A DNA stretch of 63,236 nt, counting the filler, from Reticulomyxa filosa (lineage: Eukaryota; Protista; Foraminifera): assembly GCA_000512085.1 (NCBI GenBank). It is 15 parts of 15 records of this genome, joined end to end, with 100 filler letters (N's around TTAATTAATTAA, not from the genome) between each part and the next. Parts side by side here need not be neighbours in the genome. Positions count along the whole stretch, not along the records: positions 12,335 to 14,947 come from ASPP01025079.1; positions 15,048 to 21,946 come from ASPP01002579.1; positions 22,047 to 30,510 come from ASPP01023823.1; 12 more parts are not named here. One strand, 5' to 3'. The translations under genes and the position numbers were made by a program. Positions 12,380-25,258 of this stretch are shown here, piece after piece (the first letter of the stretch is position 1; each line of letters opens with the position of its first letter). The notes below the pieces were generated by a model, which was not told the DNA's origin, ran no database searches, and worked only from the letters and a program-made list of their open reading frames with translations.

Positions 12380-13278
12380 TAATAAGACATCGCTTTGTAT
12401 CTCGATCATTGGGAAACAGAAGGAGAGTTGGGTGAGTATTACGTCGCGACAGAGTTATGTGAGTGTGGTTGGCAACGACATGGGTTGTACAAACCAATGG
12501 ATTTGTCCAGATATATCTCGAGTATCTTGTACGAAGGTAAAAGCGATATCATTTCAGACTTTATTTGCAAATGGAACATCACGAGTAATGATTCAGAGCA
12601 ATTCCTTTCGCCACAAAAAGATGACGACTTTCGACGCTTTCAACTATCCAATCCATTTTCGCTCAAATCAGTAATGCCATCGCTTGGGTACATTCTCATG
12701 GCATTGCTCATTTAGACTGTTCCCTGGACAATTTTGTTATCTCTGGTCGCGTACACTTTTTTTTTTTTTTTTTTTTGCTCACTCCATTTTTTTTTTTTTT
12801 TGTAACGGAACAAGACACGTATACTATATCATAATTAACAATAATAATACAAATCAAAGGTGGAGATCTTTTCAAACCACTGATTAAATTGATTGACTTC
12901 GGAACAGCTTTTGATTTTAGTGAAAAAGAAGAAAGATTCTGTGACTACCGTACTGGTAAAGAACCCTACATGGCTCCAGAAGTTGCTTTTTTTTTTTAAA
13001 AATACTTCCAATGCAATTCCTAAACAAAATAAAACAAAAATGGTTTTAGGCCAAAGGACCTCCAAAAACAAGATATGATGGCTTCTGTGCGGACATGTGG
13101 GCAGTTGCTGTTTGCTTATGGACATTATGCTTTAATGCTTTTCCTTTTCCTGATTATCTTAAAGAGAAAAAGTTACTCCAAGATGAAACATATTTGTATC
13201 GCCAAATGAAGGAATTTGTAATGCTACCAATGCTTACCGAAGATGCATTTGGTTTGTGATTACCTCTATTTTTATGTC

Positions 13279-13335
<57 letters not shown>

Positions 13336-13466
13336 CGTACTTTGCTTGTTTTGGTCACAGACGTCCTTGACAAACTATTCAGACAAGCAGATGAAAGGAT
13401 AAGCGCAAAAGAGTTAGTAAATCACCCTTTTTGTAAAGTCGATTCAGAAAAAACTCAACAGAGCAA
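12380..13466 (+). CDS. Ser/Thr protein kinase (CAMK-like, non-RD), 5' truncated, multi-exon
   Basis: YYVATELC, HSHGIAHLDCSLDNF, IKLIDFG, GKEPYMAPE, YDGFCADMWAVAV and RISAKELVNHPF in successive exons. One apparent frameshift near 12640 in a T run (possible sequencing error). Confidence 0.85.
13281..13336. repeat. (TAT)n microsatellite inside a kinase intron
   Basis: Perfect TAT run; it explains the poly-Tyr ORF 13243..13494. Confidence 0.9.
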
Positions 13467-14418
13467 GTATGCATATGTTTTTGTTTTTTTTTAATTACAA
13501 GTGAGCATCAACAAAATAAATAAATAAATAAAAATAAAATAAAATAAAAATAAGAACAGCAGCGACAGAAACAAAACAACAACCGAACGTCCTCAAATAA
13601 GTGAGGATGAAAAAACAGAGAAATAAATATATCAATTGATTACAGTTAAGTATACCACCAAAAAAAATGTAATAATCTTTTCTTTTTAAAGTGTAAATTT
13701 TCTGCGATTTGATGAACAGACTAGAACGTTCACAGTACGTATTGATATAATATTTCGGTAAAATCTGGGCAAGATAGTATGGCATAGTTTTGATTTTTGC
13801 ATTGGTCTTAAGTTGTCATTCACCTTGTAGGTTTTTTTTTTTTGCTTTTTTTTTTTTTTTCCAACTAAGTCTTGTGATAAACGCTGTGTGCGTCAACCAC
13901 AAATTGAAATTCGTGTTGGTGATTCGTCACAATATATTCTCAAAAAATTTCTACAATTATTTTCAGAGTGATTTTTTTTGGAGTCATTGTGAAAAAATAT
14001 ATAGCAATCTATGCAATAATAGAGAAATAATAAACAATGACCTCTTGATGCTCGTACAAGGGACAATGATTAGTTAAAAAAAATAAAAGCTTATATTTTA
14101 CTTTTTTGACAAAAGAATGATTTCCAATGCTTTCTTCCATATTCTGAAAGAGCTAATTATTTTTATAAATCAAATCTATTTTTGAAAACCACTTTCAAAA
14201 TATCGTTCATTTTACATAATCACAAACAAAATAACAGCGTAAACTTTATAGTTGGTAAACTTTCATAAAGTATGTTTCAGCGTTTGTTCACCTCTTCGGC
14301 TTTTTGCCCGTTAGCCAGCTGTCATTGTAAATTTTTACTGGTGTAAAAGAACAAGCTTTTTTTTTTTTTTTTTGTGGTGAGAGAAAAAGAAGAAGTCAGA
14401 ACAAAAAAATAGCTAATT

Positions 14419-14888
14419 ATGTCATCGTCTCACAAAGTAACACTGCGATATTTGAAAGATATTCCAACCTTCATACGTGACACGTACAGTGATACAATAA
14501 ACCTGCAGCAATCACTGCTCGGAGAAGTAACATTAGGGACGTTGAAACCGGGAGCAAAAGTGATTGGATTTGAACAGCAGCACGATAGAAGCGTGCGTAT
14601 TCCGGACGACTTGAAGACGATAGAAGATAAATCCGACGATGACGAGCTCGCAAGCAACGCCAATGGCAACGTCGTGATTTTGTCAAACGAAAAGCATGTC
14701 ATCAAACAATGCGACAAGGGTCTGTTGCAGCAACTGAGCGACCGTGTGTTGGAGAATCCTTTAATGGAAATCGAGTTGATGCAGCGGCTTTGTACAGGAA
14801 AGGGATCGCACCCCTATTTTGTAAAACTCATTGGTGCCTTTGAAGACCACTCGTCGTATTGCATTACATTGGAGTATATTACTTCAGG
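14419..14888 (+). CDS. Protein kinase N-lobe exon (3' truncated)
   Basis: LQQSLLGEV (degenerate Gly loop), HVIKQC (VAIK Lys), ENPLMEIELM (alphaC Glu), HPYFVKLIGAFED..YCITLEY, then a GT donor. Confidence 0.8.
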
Positions 14889-16716
14889 TTTTATAGAAAT
14901 ATATATTTTTATGTTTATATATATATATATATATTGCTTTTGGACTGNNNNNNNNNNNNNNNNNNNNNNNNNNNNNNNNNNNNNNNNNNNNTTAATTAAT
15001 TAANNNNNNNNNNNNNNNNNNNNNNNNNNNNNNNNNNNNNNNNNNNNAATAAAGTATACGTATAATTACTTTTACTATCCTCTTTTTTCTCCCGCTATTG
15101 CCAGATTGATATTGGAGTTTGGTGAATTCTCATCGCATTTGATCCACGCCAGTGTGTTGGCCTATTTTCTCAAATCTTTTGTCATTTTAGATACGACTTT
15201 ATCAAGGACCTGTTCGTCAAGAGCTACTACTCCCGACTTGGCAAACTCGCGCTTCAAAGCATCGGTAAATCACCGTTGTATGTGTTGCTGGAGCTTGCCT
15301 TTTGAAACGCAATGCTATTTACAATAGTTTTATGGAGATTGAGTGCAGTTCTCCCTTTCTATTTGAGCTGAGAAGCTTGACCAGTTCCGACAAAAACTGC
15401 GGAACTCATCATCCTAAAAAATGCAAAAAATCAAAGCTCTTTTTTTTTAAATAGGATTTTGCTTTTTCAATATAATCATTTCATTTAAAATCCGATAACA
15501 CTATTCCATGCACAACAGCAAATTTTTTTGGAATAATGGATATACACACGGATTTTTTTGTTGATATTTTTTTGGAATACAAAGCTTAATGTATTCTTTT
15601 TTTTAGAGTTGCTCCGGTAAAAGGGGATCCCCTTGTAATAAAGGGAGTGAATGAGGCGTGTCAATGAAGTAACGCTTGTTTTTTAATATTTTTTTTGATA
15701 AATGTGTTGTTTTGTTTTTTTTGCAAGCTACTGTATTTTTAATATTCAAAATTTTCATTGCAAAAAATTTAAACATTTTCACAAAACAACAATAATAAAA
15801 CAGTAAACCTAAAATGCTACTTTATGAATACGATGCATTTTCTCAATGAAAAAACAGCATTCAGACCTAATTTTTTTTTTGGAAATATACAAATGTTAAG
15901 TTTAAATATAATACTAGCTTTTAAATAAATTCATTCCAGGTTAAACAATTTTTTCTTTTAAATTTGAAAATTTTTTTAAATATTATTTATTAATTGTTAA
16001 CTTTCATTTTGTGTTCATAATAGCTTGAATTTGTTTTAACATTCATGAAGCTTTACAAATGTCTTTTTCTACTGTTTCAAATTTTTCTTTAGTTTTGATA
16101 TTTTTATTTGATCATCTTTGTAAAGTTTTGCTTTGATTATTGACTTATCATGTAAATTTGTATGTAACTTAATCATGTCCATTCTGTTTTGTTCAATTCA
16201 CTTATTTACTGCTTTGTATTTATGGAGTTTTGCGTTATATTGTAAAACAATCAGTTTCTATTATTGTATAAGCAATATAGAATGCTTCTTATCATTTCAT
16301 CATATAATATTTCTTTACACGTTGTGCAAGTAACTCATTCTTCAATTTTGCGAGAATATAAGCACATTTAGCACCAAATCACACACATAACATGATGCTA
16401 AACCACAAATCTTGATCTTATAAACACCATATCACTGATATTATGTCTTTTTTCAACATATAGTGAATTCCATTACTTCAATATAAGTTAACTTGTTTCT
16501 TCCAAAAATACAACTTTTTTCCAATTGTATACAGTCTAATTTTGTGTTCATCAATAAAATTAAGTCGCTTTGGTTTACGTTCTTCAGTTAGTTTCAGTTT
16601 TATCTTTTTTGCGATTGTACATAATACATTTAACTTCAAGTCTTAGTTATTATCAAATAAAAAACTATGATTTCACTTTCGATACTTAAAATTCTTTTCA
16701 AGTCTTTCACTGCCAT

Positions 16717-19124
16717 TGTAGAGATACAAAAAAGATAGCTCAGCTAACGAAAACTTTCAAGAAAATTTGAAATAAAAGAAGAAAAAAAAGATTGTCTTAT
16801 TTTATGAGTTGAGTTATTACAACTCTGGAATCAGTTATAATCTATGTATCACTACATATCCCCCTTTGCTTGGTCAAGGCAACATAAAACAAATCCATTT
16901 AAATTTTCCAGTTTTTCCAGTTTTGGCACGAGTTCATCGTTTTCAGACAATGGTTCCAGAGGGGTGATGAATTTTTAACTTGTGCTTCGATTTCCTTCGA
17001 ATTGTCTTCACTATGATTTCTTTCTGATTTATCGAAATCTCTTCAGATGATACAAGTTTAGAATGATCTGATACTTGTGGCTGATTTATCACTAATGTTG
17101 TTTTTGTCTGATCACTTTGGTGTGTTTCTGTTTGCTTGAATCCAGGATCTCGATTTTCATTTTCTTTATTCGTCGTTATATCGATTCCAGCATCTAACTT
17201 TTTCAACTTTGATACTGTATTACCTTCAAAAATCCTTTTTCTGAAACAATTTTTACTGTCGAAGGGCCTACTTGTTCGATAATTTCATAAGGTCCAACAA
17301 ACTTTGGCTGTAGTTTTGCATTGTTAAAGGTGCGTTGATCTCCAAAGTATAATAGTACTTTGTTTCCAATAACAAATGAATGCATAAGTTTATTTTTATT
17401 TTCAAAACGTATTTGGTTGCTGTTATAACGGAATTGTGCTATCTTTGCAGATTCAAGTATACATGCTATATGTTTTCCCAAAATACTTTTAAATGTTGAC
17501 ATATCTTGGTTTTCAATTTTGCTTTTGCGCAAATGGTCCATTTTAATATCAATTGTACATAAATCTTGATCCATATACTAATTAATATGGACTTGATAAA
17601 GTCATTCGATTCGGTGTAGGTTAGTACGTAGCTCGCAAGGTTTCTATCATTATTATGTTGTCCTTTCATCAAGTTTACTTTATCTTCTTTGTCTTTTATA
17701 AAATCCTTTTGTTTATAGCCATGACATCCACATTTCCATCATTAGTAATTTCAAGTACTTTTTTCGTTTTTTCTTTTACATAATACAGAATGTTTTTTCA
17801 TTTGTTTTGATGTCGGAATTTATTTCGATTATTAAATCAAGTACCTATCACGTATATTACTATTACTTCTTATGTATCCATGTTTTCTAAACTCCAATTT
17901 TTTCTTGAATTCTTGATCTAGATTCGTGATCACTTGCTAATTTCTGTTCTTTTCACCATAATATCTTCTTCAAATCTATTCTGAGCTATCTTGAATATTA
18001 TTTCCGTTTCTAATAACGATGTTGGTTCTTTATTTAAAACTAGCTGTCGTACTGGCAATCACAAAGATTATAATAGTGTCCGCCTTAATGTATAGTCAGA
18101 TGTACTGACCATTTTCAATGCTTGTACATTGCACTACTAAGCATAATCCAATTATGTCATAAGAGAAAACTTTGCTTTGTGCAATCGTAAAAGTATTTCA
18201 TATAGTCCACCGTTAAATTTCGTTGAGAATTGCAAAATTTCACTTGTACATTCTGCAATTCGATGTTTACCACCAAATGTCTCGAATATGCATAATATTA
18301 GCTCTTTAAACGAAGAGTTAACTTTGTTTGAAGATATCATTGCTTGTAATTCTTTGCTCATACACTGAGTGACTACGTATCTTGAGCAAAATGCATCTGA
18401 TAATTGATGCGTTTCTTTCTATGACAATAATTGCTTCTACATTCGGAAAATTCATCAATATAATCTCGAAAAACGTTTCGGAATCTATTAGCCTTGTTGA
18501 TACATCATCTACAATACTTCGTCCAACGTTTTGTATGTGCGTTGTGCATCTGGATTAAAGATTGTTGCATTATCTTGATTTTGCTCACTGTCAAATAACT
18601 TTCTATTGTTTCTATCACAATGGAATTCTGGTTCAAACGAAGTGGTGTCATTGTCTGATCTTGTAACTACCTAATTAGTGACACATTCATGTGATTCACT
18701 CTTTCGTTCCCCTGAGCACTGTATTTTTTGACTGAAAAGCATATTTGTCAGCATCTGCAACTGTTTTATCATCGTGTCCACTTGCCTCTGCATTGCGTTT
18801 TCTACCGCTTGACAATTTCCATCTTTATTGGATTCCGGTTTCGCAATAGTCTCCGAATCAACATTCAAAAACACATTTTGTTTTCCGTTTTTACTTGCAT
18901 TGACATCGTTGTCGTCTTTTAAAAACTCCTGAGTTATATCATGAATTTTGATATCCTTTTCTTTATCTTGGTGCTGGCTTTTGTGGTTATTTGGCAAAAA
19001 CTCACTTTTATGCTTCATTTTTGCAAATCTTATTAATTTGTCTCTTGCGTCCCTACTGATTCTTTGATCTTTCTCTTCGGAACATGAAACAGAGTTTTGT
19101 AGTGAGTGTGACTGCATCACTACA
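16717..19124 (-). mobile_element. Degenerate, internally deleted Ty3/Gypsy-like LTR retrotransposon
   Basis: Integrase C-terminal GPY/F module (F.IGNKVLL...KLQPKFVGPYEIIEQVGP, 17203-17574). Degenerate zinc knuckle (GKCGCHGYKQKDF, ~17700-17745). Stop-riddled gag-like frames. Polypurine tract AAAGGGGG followed after 3 nt by TGTAGTGAT at 16856. No RT/RNaseH visible. Boundaries approximate. Confidence 0.7.
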
Positions 19125-19726
19125 TCATAACGACGCAACGAAAATATCACAATATTCAAATATAAAAAAAAGGATCTTAATAAAGTAGCATTTTATGTTT
19201 ACTGTTTTTTTTACAAACTACTGTATTATAGATGATGTATTATTATATGATTTTTTCAATTAATTTTCACATTTCTCATGGGCATACGTCTTTATTACGA
19301 AACACATTAAACAAAATTTTAGAAAAGTATCTGATTACAAAAGCGTCATTTTTTTTTACTTGGAAACTTGCCGAAAGAGAAATGGAACACATCACTCACA
19401 AAAAGATGGAAGATCGCACCAAAATTAACAACTCAAACAGAATACAAATTAAATGCTGTAAAAATTTGTTATTACTCATTCCTTTGTTTTTTTTCCGCCA
19501 ATGAATAGATCAAATAGACCTTGTCGAAAAAGCGGCACGTTAATATTAAGAAATGTGAAAGTGCAAATAGGGAAGCTTCGCATTTATTTAAAAATAGATC
19601 AATGGGACGTCATTGTAAAATGAGCACCCAAACGATATAATGAAGAAATTAACACCCAACATAACATTTCTGAGGTTTTGTGGGAATTTGTCGAACGATA
19701 GAGCATTAAAAAAAAAAAAAAAAAAG

Positions 19727-21946
19727 TCATAGTCCTGGAAGTTTTGCCTCCAATTGTGTTCGTATTGGCAAAAGCTTTTCATACACTCCAAGAACTTCCA
19801 AATTGGGCGAAGCAATTTTCACATAACTCTTTTCTTGATTAAACTTGTTGCAAACCTCTTGCACGGGCAGAAATTTCTTTTCCTTTTCACACACATAAGC
19901 ATGCATGGCCCGAAGAGCTGCCCCTTTGGCAGCACTATCTGGACCTGACACCACAACATATACATCCGCGCCAAAAATGTCAGCCAAAATTTGCAATAAT
20001 GTCTTGTTGCTGGACCCTCCTCCAGTAGCGAAGATACGCTTGCATTGCTTCAACCCGATGAAATTTAAGTGACTTTTGAAAGACATAAATTGTGACTCGA
20101 CCACGCTTCGGATCAGCGCATATTCGTCTTCCGCACTTTTCCCGGCCTTGTGCTCTTTACTTTCATTGGTTCGCAAGTCAACATGATACTGATAAATACC
20201 GGGCTTGCACGTCGGCGTGATTTCGGCGTCCACAAAATAAAAGCCTTTTTCCGATCACATACGTACATACGTACATACATAAAATATGTCCACTTGTTTT
20301 CTTCTTTGTATGACAATATTATATGGTTGCATCAGTAAAAAAGTATGTTTGCATACCCAAGTGTCCTTCATTGCCAGGTTTGGTTTTTGTTAACAATTGA
20401 TTGAACTCGGCCCAACTTCCAGTTTCATGACAACAAATATTTTTGTAGTGTTCCCTTACGACACTCCCGTTTTTGAACACGCTCATAGCCATAAAGGTGT
20501 TATCTTTTGGGGGATGAATGGGACTGCAAAGGAAGAAACCTTCTTGGTAGGAAGGCTTTGGGGTTGCAGTCAACGCAAACACTGTGTCCGAAGTGCCCAG
20601 CGACACACAAACATCTCCGCACTCAAACACACCCAAGCCGACCAAGCTGCAACAATTGTCGCCACTGAACACAGTCACGTTGCACGCTTTGCTAAACCCG
20701 TATTTGCCAACAAAGTAAGGACTAATGCATCCAACACATTCAAAGCTTTTCACAGGTTTCTCGCCGAGTTTCGATTTTATTTGAGAAGCCTTTGTTTGTG
20801 AAGCAACAACCAATTGCACTTGTTCATACATATATGCAAAAGCATACTTTCTCATTCATCGACACATTATCTTGTACTTTGACATGAGAATTGATACAAC
20901 AAAGATCCCCCTTTTTTACTTTTTTAAAAAAAAGGGGGTGGAGGGGTGGGGAGGGGGGGGGGGAGGGAGAGAAAGACTACAAAGAGGAAAGGTAAAAAGA
21001 AGAGATTATTATTGTTATTATTATATGTTACCATTATTATTATTGTAACACAAAACTTGTTTGCCAAAAACTTTATCCAGTATTACGTCGCTCCATTGCT
21101 GGGAATGTATATCTAACAAAGCCATACCACTACCGTCGCTTACATCAATGGGGGCATACTTCCCAGCAAACAAGCTGCAGAGAAAGCTGGAAACGAGCGA
21201 AATCCGTTCCGTGTGTCTGAAGATCACGTCTTGTGTTTCCTTTTGCTGGCAAAACTTAAGGATTTGTACCCCACTGAAGCGCTCATATGCGCGGCTCCCT
21301 GTTACCTCCGCAAACTGTTGCGGAGATCCCAAACTCTTTTCAAACGTCAATGACTGCTCGTGCGTAGATGCGTCCATCCAAATCGGGCCATTGGCAATGC
21401 TGAATGCATCTGCAAACAACTCATGCAAGTCCTTATCGGTCTCTTTTCCCATTTGCTCTGTCAAGATTGTTTCGCTTCCCGTTTTCCAATACACTGTTCC
21501 GTGTTGTTGTCCACTACCAGAAATTGCAACTATCTTGTTTTTTTTTTTTGAGAAGGGGGAGAGAAAAAAGAGGATAGTAAAAGTAATTATACGTATACTT
21601 TATTTTATTTTTATTTTTTTCCTCCACTTTTTTTAGTGTATTGAATACAACCACTTTTTTTCCCGAGATCACTTTAACTTTTTGGAATGGACAATTTTGT
21701 GATTTCAAATAATGAAGCGCAAGATCCAATGCCTTTACAAACATCAAAGTTGGAGAAGTCACAGTTAAAGCATCTTTCCCTCGAATTACGCCGTGATTTG
21801 TTTTGAACTCTGGTAACTTTTCATCAAAGTTTATGTTCACTTTGTATTGTAATGACATTCCAAAATTATACACATGCACTTTCAAAGATTGGGTCGAACA
21901 ATCCAAGCCCATAATCAAATACTCATCTTTTTCGGTTGGTGTCTTT
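19727..21946 (-). CDS. XYLB: Xylulose kinase (eukaryotic FGGY carbohydrate kinase), multi-exon, 5' end at contig edge
   Basis: [92 protein letters not shown] across four exons. Confidence 0.93.
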
Positions 21947-24900
21947 NNNNNNNNNNNNNNNNNNNNNNNNNNNNNNNNNNNNNNNNNNNNTTAATTAATT
22001 AANNNNNNNNNNNNNNNNNNNNNNNNNNNNNNNNNNNNNNNNNNNNTTTTGATTATTTTTTGCATGGACCTTTTGATTGTTGTAATATTTGTTTTTGTGT
22101 CCTATTTATTAGAACGATGTGCTCTTTTAACTAGAGTTTGTACGCAAAAGGCAGTGCAAGTTGATGACAAAGCTAGATAGTAGTCCAACACTTGATACGC
22201 CCCCACTTATTACGACATAAACACATTTGTGTTTGCTTGTGTCATTCTTGTTTCTCAATATGATTCAATCTGTATCATTCCTGCATTGCTTGAAATGATA
22301 CTTTGGACTTGATTTATTTTTATCGAAGGGCTCCACTTTCACTATTGGATATCCAATCTGAATATTTCAATATCTTAATGGCATCTTCAGTCTTGGCATC
22401 TTATTGAATCTTGGACATAAGTGTTTAAATTTTTTTTTGTTCTGGTTTTCTTTAATTTGTTGAAAAATAGATTAAATCTCAATATTTTATTATGCTTCAA
22501 CACTTCGAAAGCAATGATTCATATGATTCTGTTTAGCAACGCTCCTGCAATCCATCCTGACCCTCCACAGGAATAGCCAAAATTGTTTTCACAACAGTTG
22601 ATGAGCTTTGTTCCTTTTGGGACAAAGTGTTCGTTTTTAACTAAAATAAGATCTTGCTTCTCAGAAAAAAAAATTTTTTTAGTAGTTTGTTTCCTTTAAA
22701 TCTTGTCTTTGCTAAATGTAATTTGTATCGCAAATTTTTGGAATGAGATTGTAAGAATGGAAAAAGAACTCGCAATGATTGAAATTAGATGACCAACAAT
22801 CATTGGATTATGCTGACTTTTCTTTGGTTTCTTGCCTTTTGGCGACCACACTGACGATGACTGTAAAAGTTTTTTTTCCTTCTTGTTTCAGCTCTTCTTT
22901 TCTTTTTGATTCTTGTCCTTGTTCAGGCATTGGAGCTGACCTTCTTTTCTTTTTCTATATCCATTGAGCTCATTTTGGATTAATCTCCCTTTTCTTTTGA
23001 AATCTCCACCGTCAACTGACTAATTTTGAGTCAGATGATAATCGAGTATATTTGAATTTTTTTAAAAAAAATCAATGAAGAATATAAACAATGAATATAC
23101 ATACAATACATTAACTATGTAATATTTTCATAAATAAAGATTATACAGAATTCAAAGGTTGTTAATGTATAGAATTCTTGGAGCCATGAATTCAACAGCA
23201 TATGTTATTTTGAACGTATTTGCCAATTACCACCATTTGAATAATACAATAAGTGAATTGTTCCAGAAATGTGAAATTAGGCAATAAGTTCACTGATCAT
23301 GATTTATCAATTGCATATCAATTATGGAATTCAAACCATGAATTCAAAGAAGCTGGTATATTTTGTTTGAATGAAAAATTGTTGACACTGTCCAGATCAT
23401 ATATTCGTTGTGCAGAAGCAGGAATTCCAATTGCACAACCGGATCAATACTCATATTAATAAACAACCAATGTAAATGTTAATTATCCAAGATCCGCCAC
23501 AAGCACAATTGTTGAAATTGATATTCCATGCAAAAGTATAAAAACAATTATTTACATTTAAATCGAGGTAATCAGACAAGCGTTGCAATATATCCAAGAA
23601 CACTACAAAGAAAAAACTTAATAATTATTACAGTATGTTACAAAGAAAACTGAACGCCTAAAACGATATCTTATGATGATAATTGATTTTCTCCATGAAA
23701 AATCATTATCATCATAAGATATCGTTTTAGGCGTTCAGTTTTCTTTGCAATATACTGTATTCTTTCTTATCGTAAATTTGTTGTGAATGTAATTCACAAC
23801 AAATACAATTCAGAAACTTGCAATTATCCAATCGGTCAAAAATTAATGAAAGATTTATTATAGAATCAATTTTAGTTGTTCCGTAAACTAACCCCGTCCC
23901 TGAATTTCTTATTTTCACTGTCAAATAGAACAAACATAGACTTGTTAATGAAAAGTTTTGTTGTTTATTGAAATGTGCATTAATGTTTCAGTCACTTCTT
24001 TTGTGATTTCATCTAATTATATTCACTAGTCTAAAATGTCCTTCATTTTAATCAAATTCATTGTCCAATTCCGAAAATAACTATCTTATGTTACCTTCTT
24101 GCAATTGGTTTGCTTACCCTTTTCTTGTATTTCAAATAATTTACTTTCTGTTCTCTAAATTTTCTTTTCAATCGATACAAAGTCTTTCTTTTTTTTGTAA
24201 TGAACCACTATACCACGTTTTGTTTCCATTCCATAAATACTATCCTTTGCTTTAACAACACGTCCATAATTTCACTGCAGAATCTGATGAAATATATTTG
24301 TTATATTTCTTTAATCAATTTGGATCTATTTGAAAAAGAAATTGAATTAACTGTTACTTGTATATTATTGTCAATTTTTTTTATGATCTGATTCTTCTTC
24401 AGTTTCGATAGAAACTGCAAAACATAACATGCTTCCTTTCTACTAGACAACAACAGGAAATCTTGGGAAAACTCCATCGTTTCCGTCATTAATGCAATCT
24501 TTCCTTTCTTTTTGCTGCGTTGCTCGTTCTACTGAATTGTAATTATGTGGATAACATATTGTGATTTCAAATATCGATAATTTTACCAATTGCTGTTCGT
24601 AAATTTCGTGATATTTTTTAGTGAAATGATATCTTATCCTAGTTAAAATAGCACCTCGCCCAAAAGGAACACAGTATTACTACGTACATCAAGCTCAAGA
24701 TTTTAACATTTTCACAAAATACTAACAGTGATAGTAATACTATAAATTCTGAAGATGTCACAATTATATGATATAAATCCAGTAGACGTTGTTGTTTGTT
24801 GCAAAAATCGCCATTAAATTATTTTAATTTGAGTAAATGTCTTGCTTGTAATATATTTTTCGATAAAACAAAAAAATGTATAATATTATTATTTCAAAAA

Positions 24901-25258
24901 GCGAGACTGTTGAACATTAAACAAAAGTGTTGAATTTTAACACGTAAATAAACAAAAAAATAACGCTCCATTGAAATGTTAAAAAAACAAAACAAAAAAA
25001 CACCAACCACTTGTTGATTTGTCACAGCATTGTGCAAACAAATCGTAACAATCAGAACAATCCAAAGCCTCAGTTTTAAAAAACTAAGTGGCAACACTTT
25101 TGAAAAAGGTGTGAAAAAAGACACGCCACAAAAAGAATGTGAGAAAAACAAAACAAAATTATTTTCATCTTCTACTTTTCAAACAAAACGATAACAATAA
25201 CAAACGTGATTTCTTGCTGGAATCTTACGTTTTTGCTGAGATAAATGTACGTTTGATC

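Noticed and set aside
14419-14947. Joining this kinase N-lobe to the C-lobe at 53694-54888
   Set aside because: Both encode subdomains IV-V, so they are different genes.
15090-15420. GC-richer, exon-like segment (YDFIKDLFVKSYYSRLGKLALQSI...)
   Set aside because: Probably the 3' end of a gene, but I could not build a consistent spliced frame or recognise a family.
22047-24560. Stop-riddled coding-like frames on both strands
   Set aside because: Likely old pseudogenes; no motif I can support.
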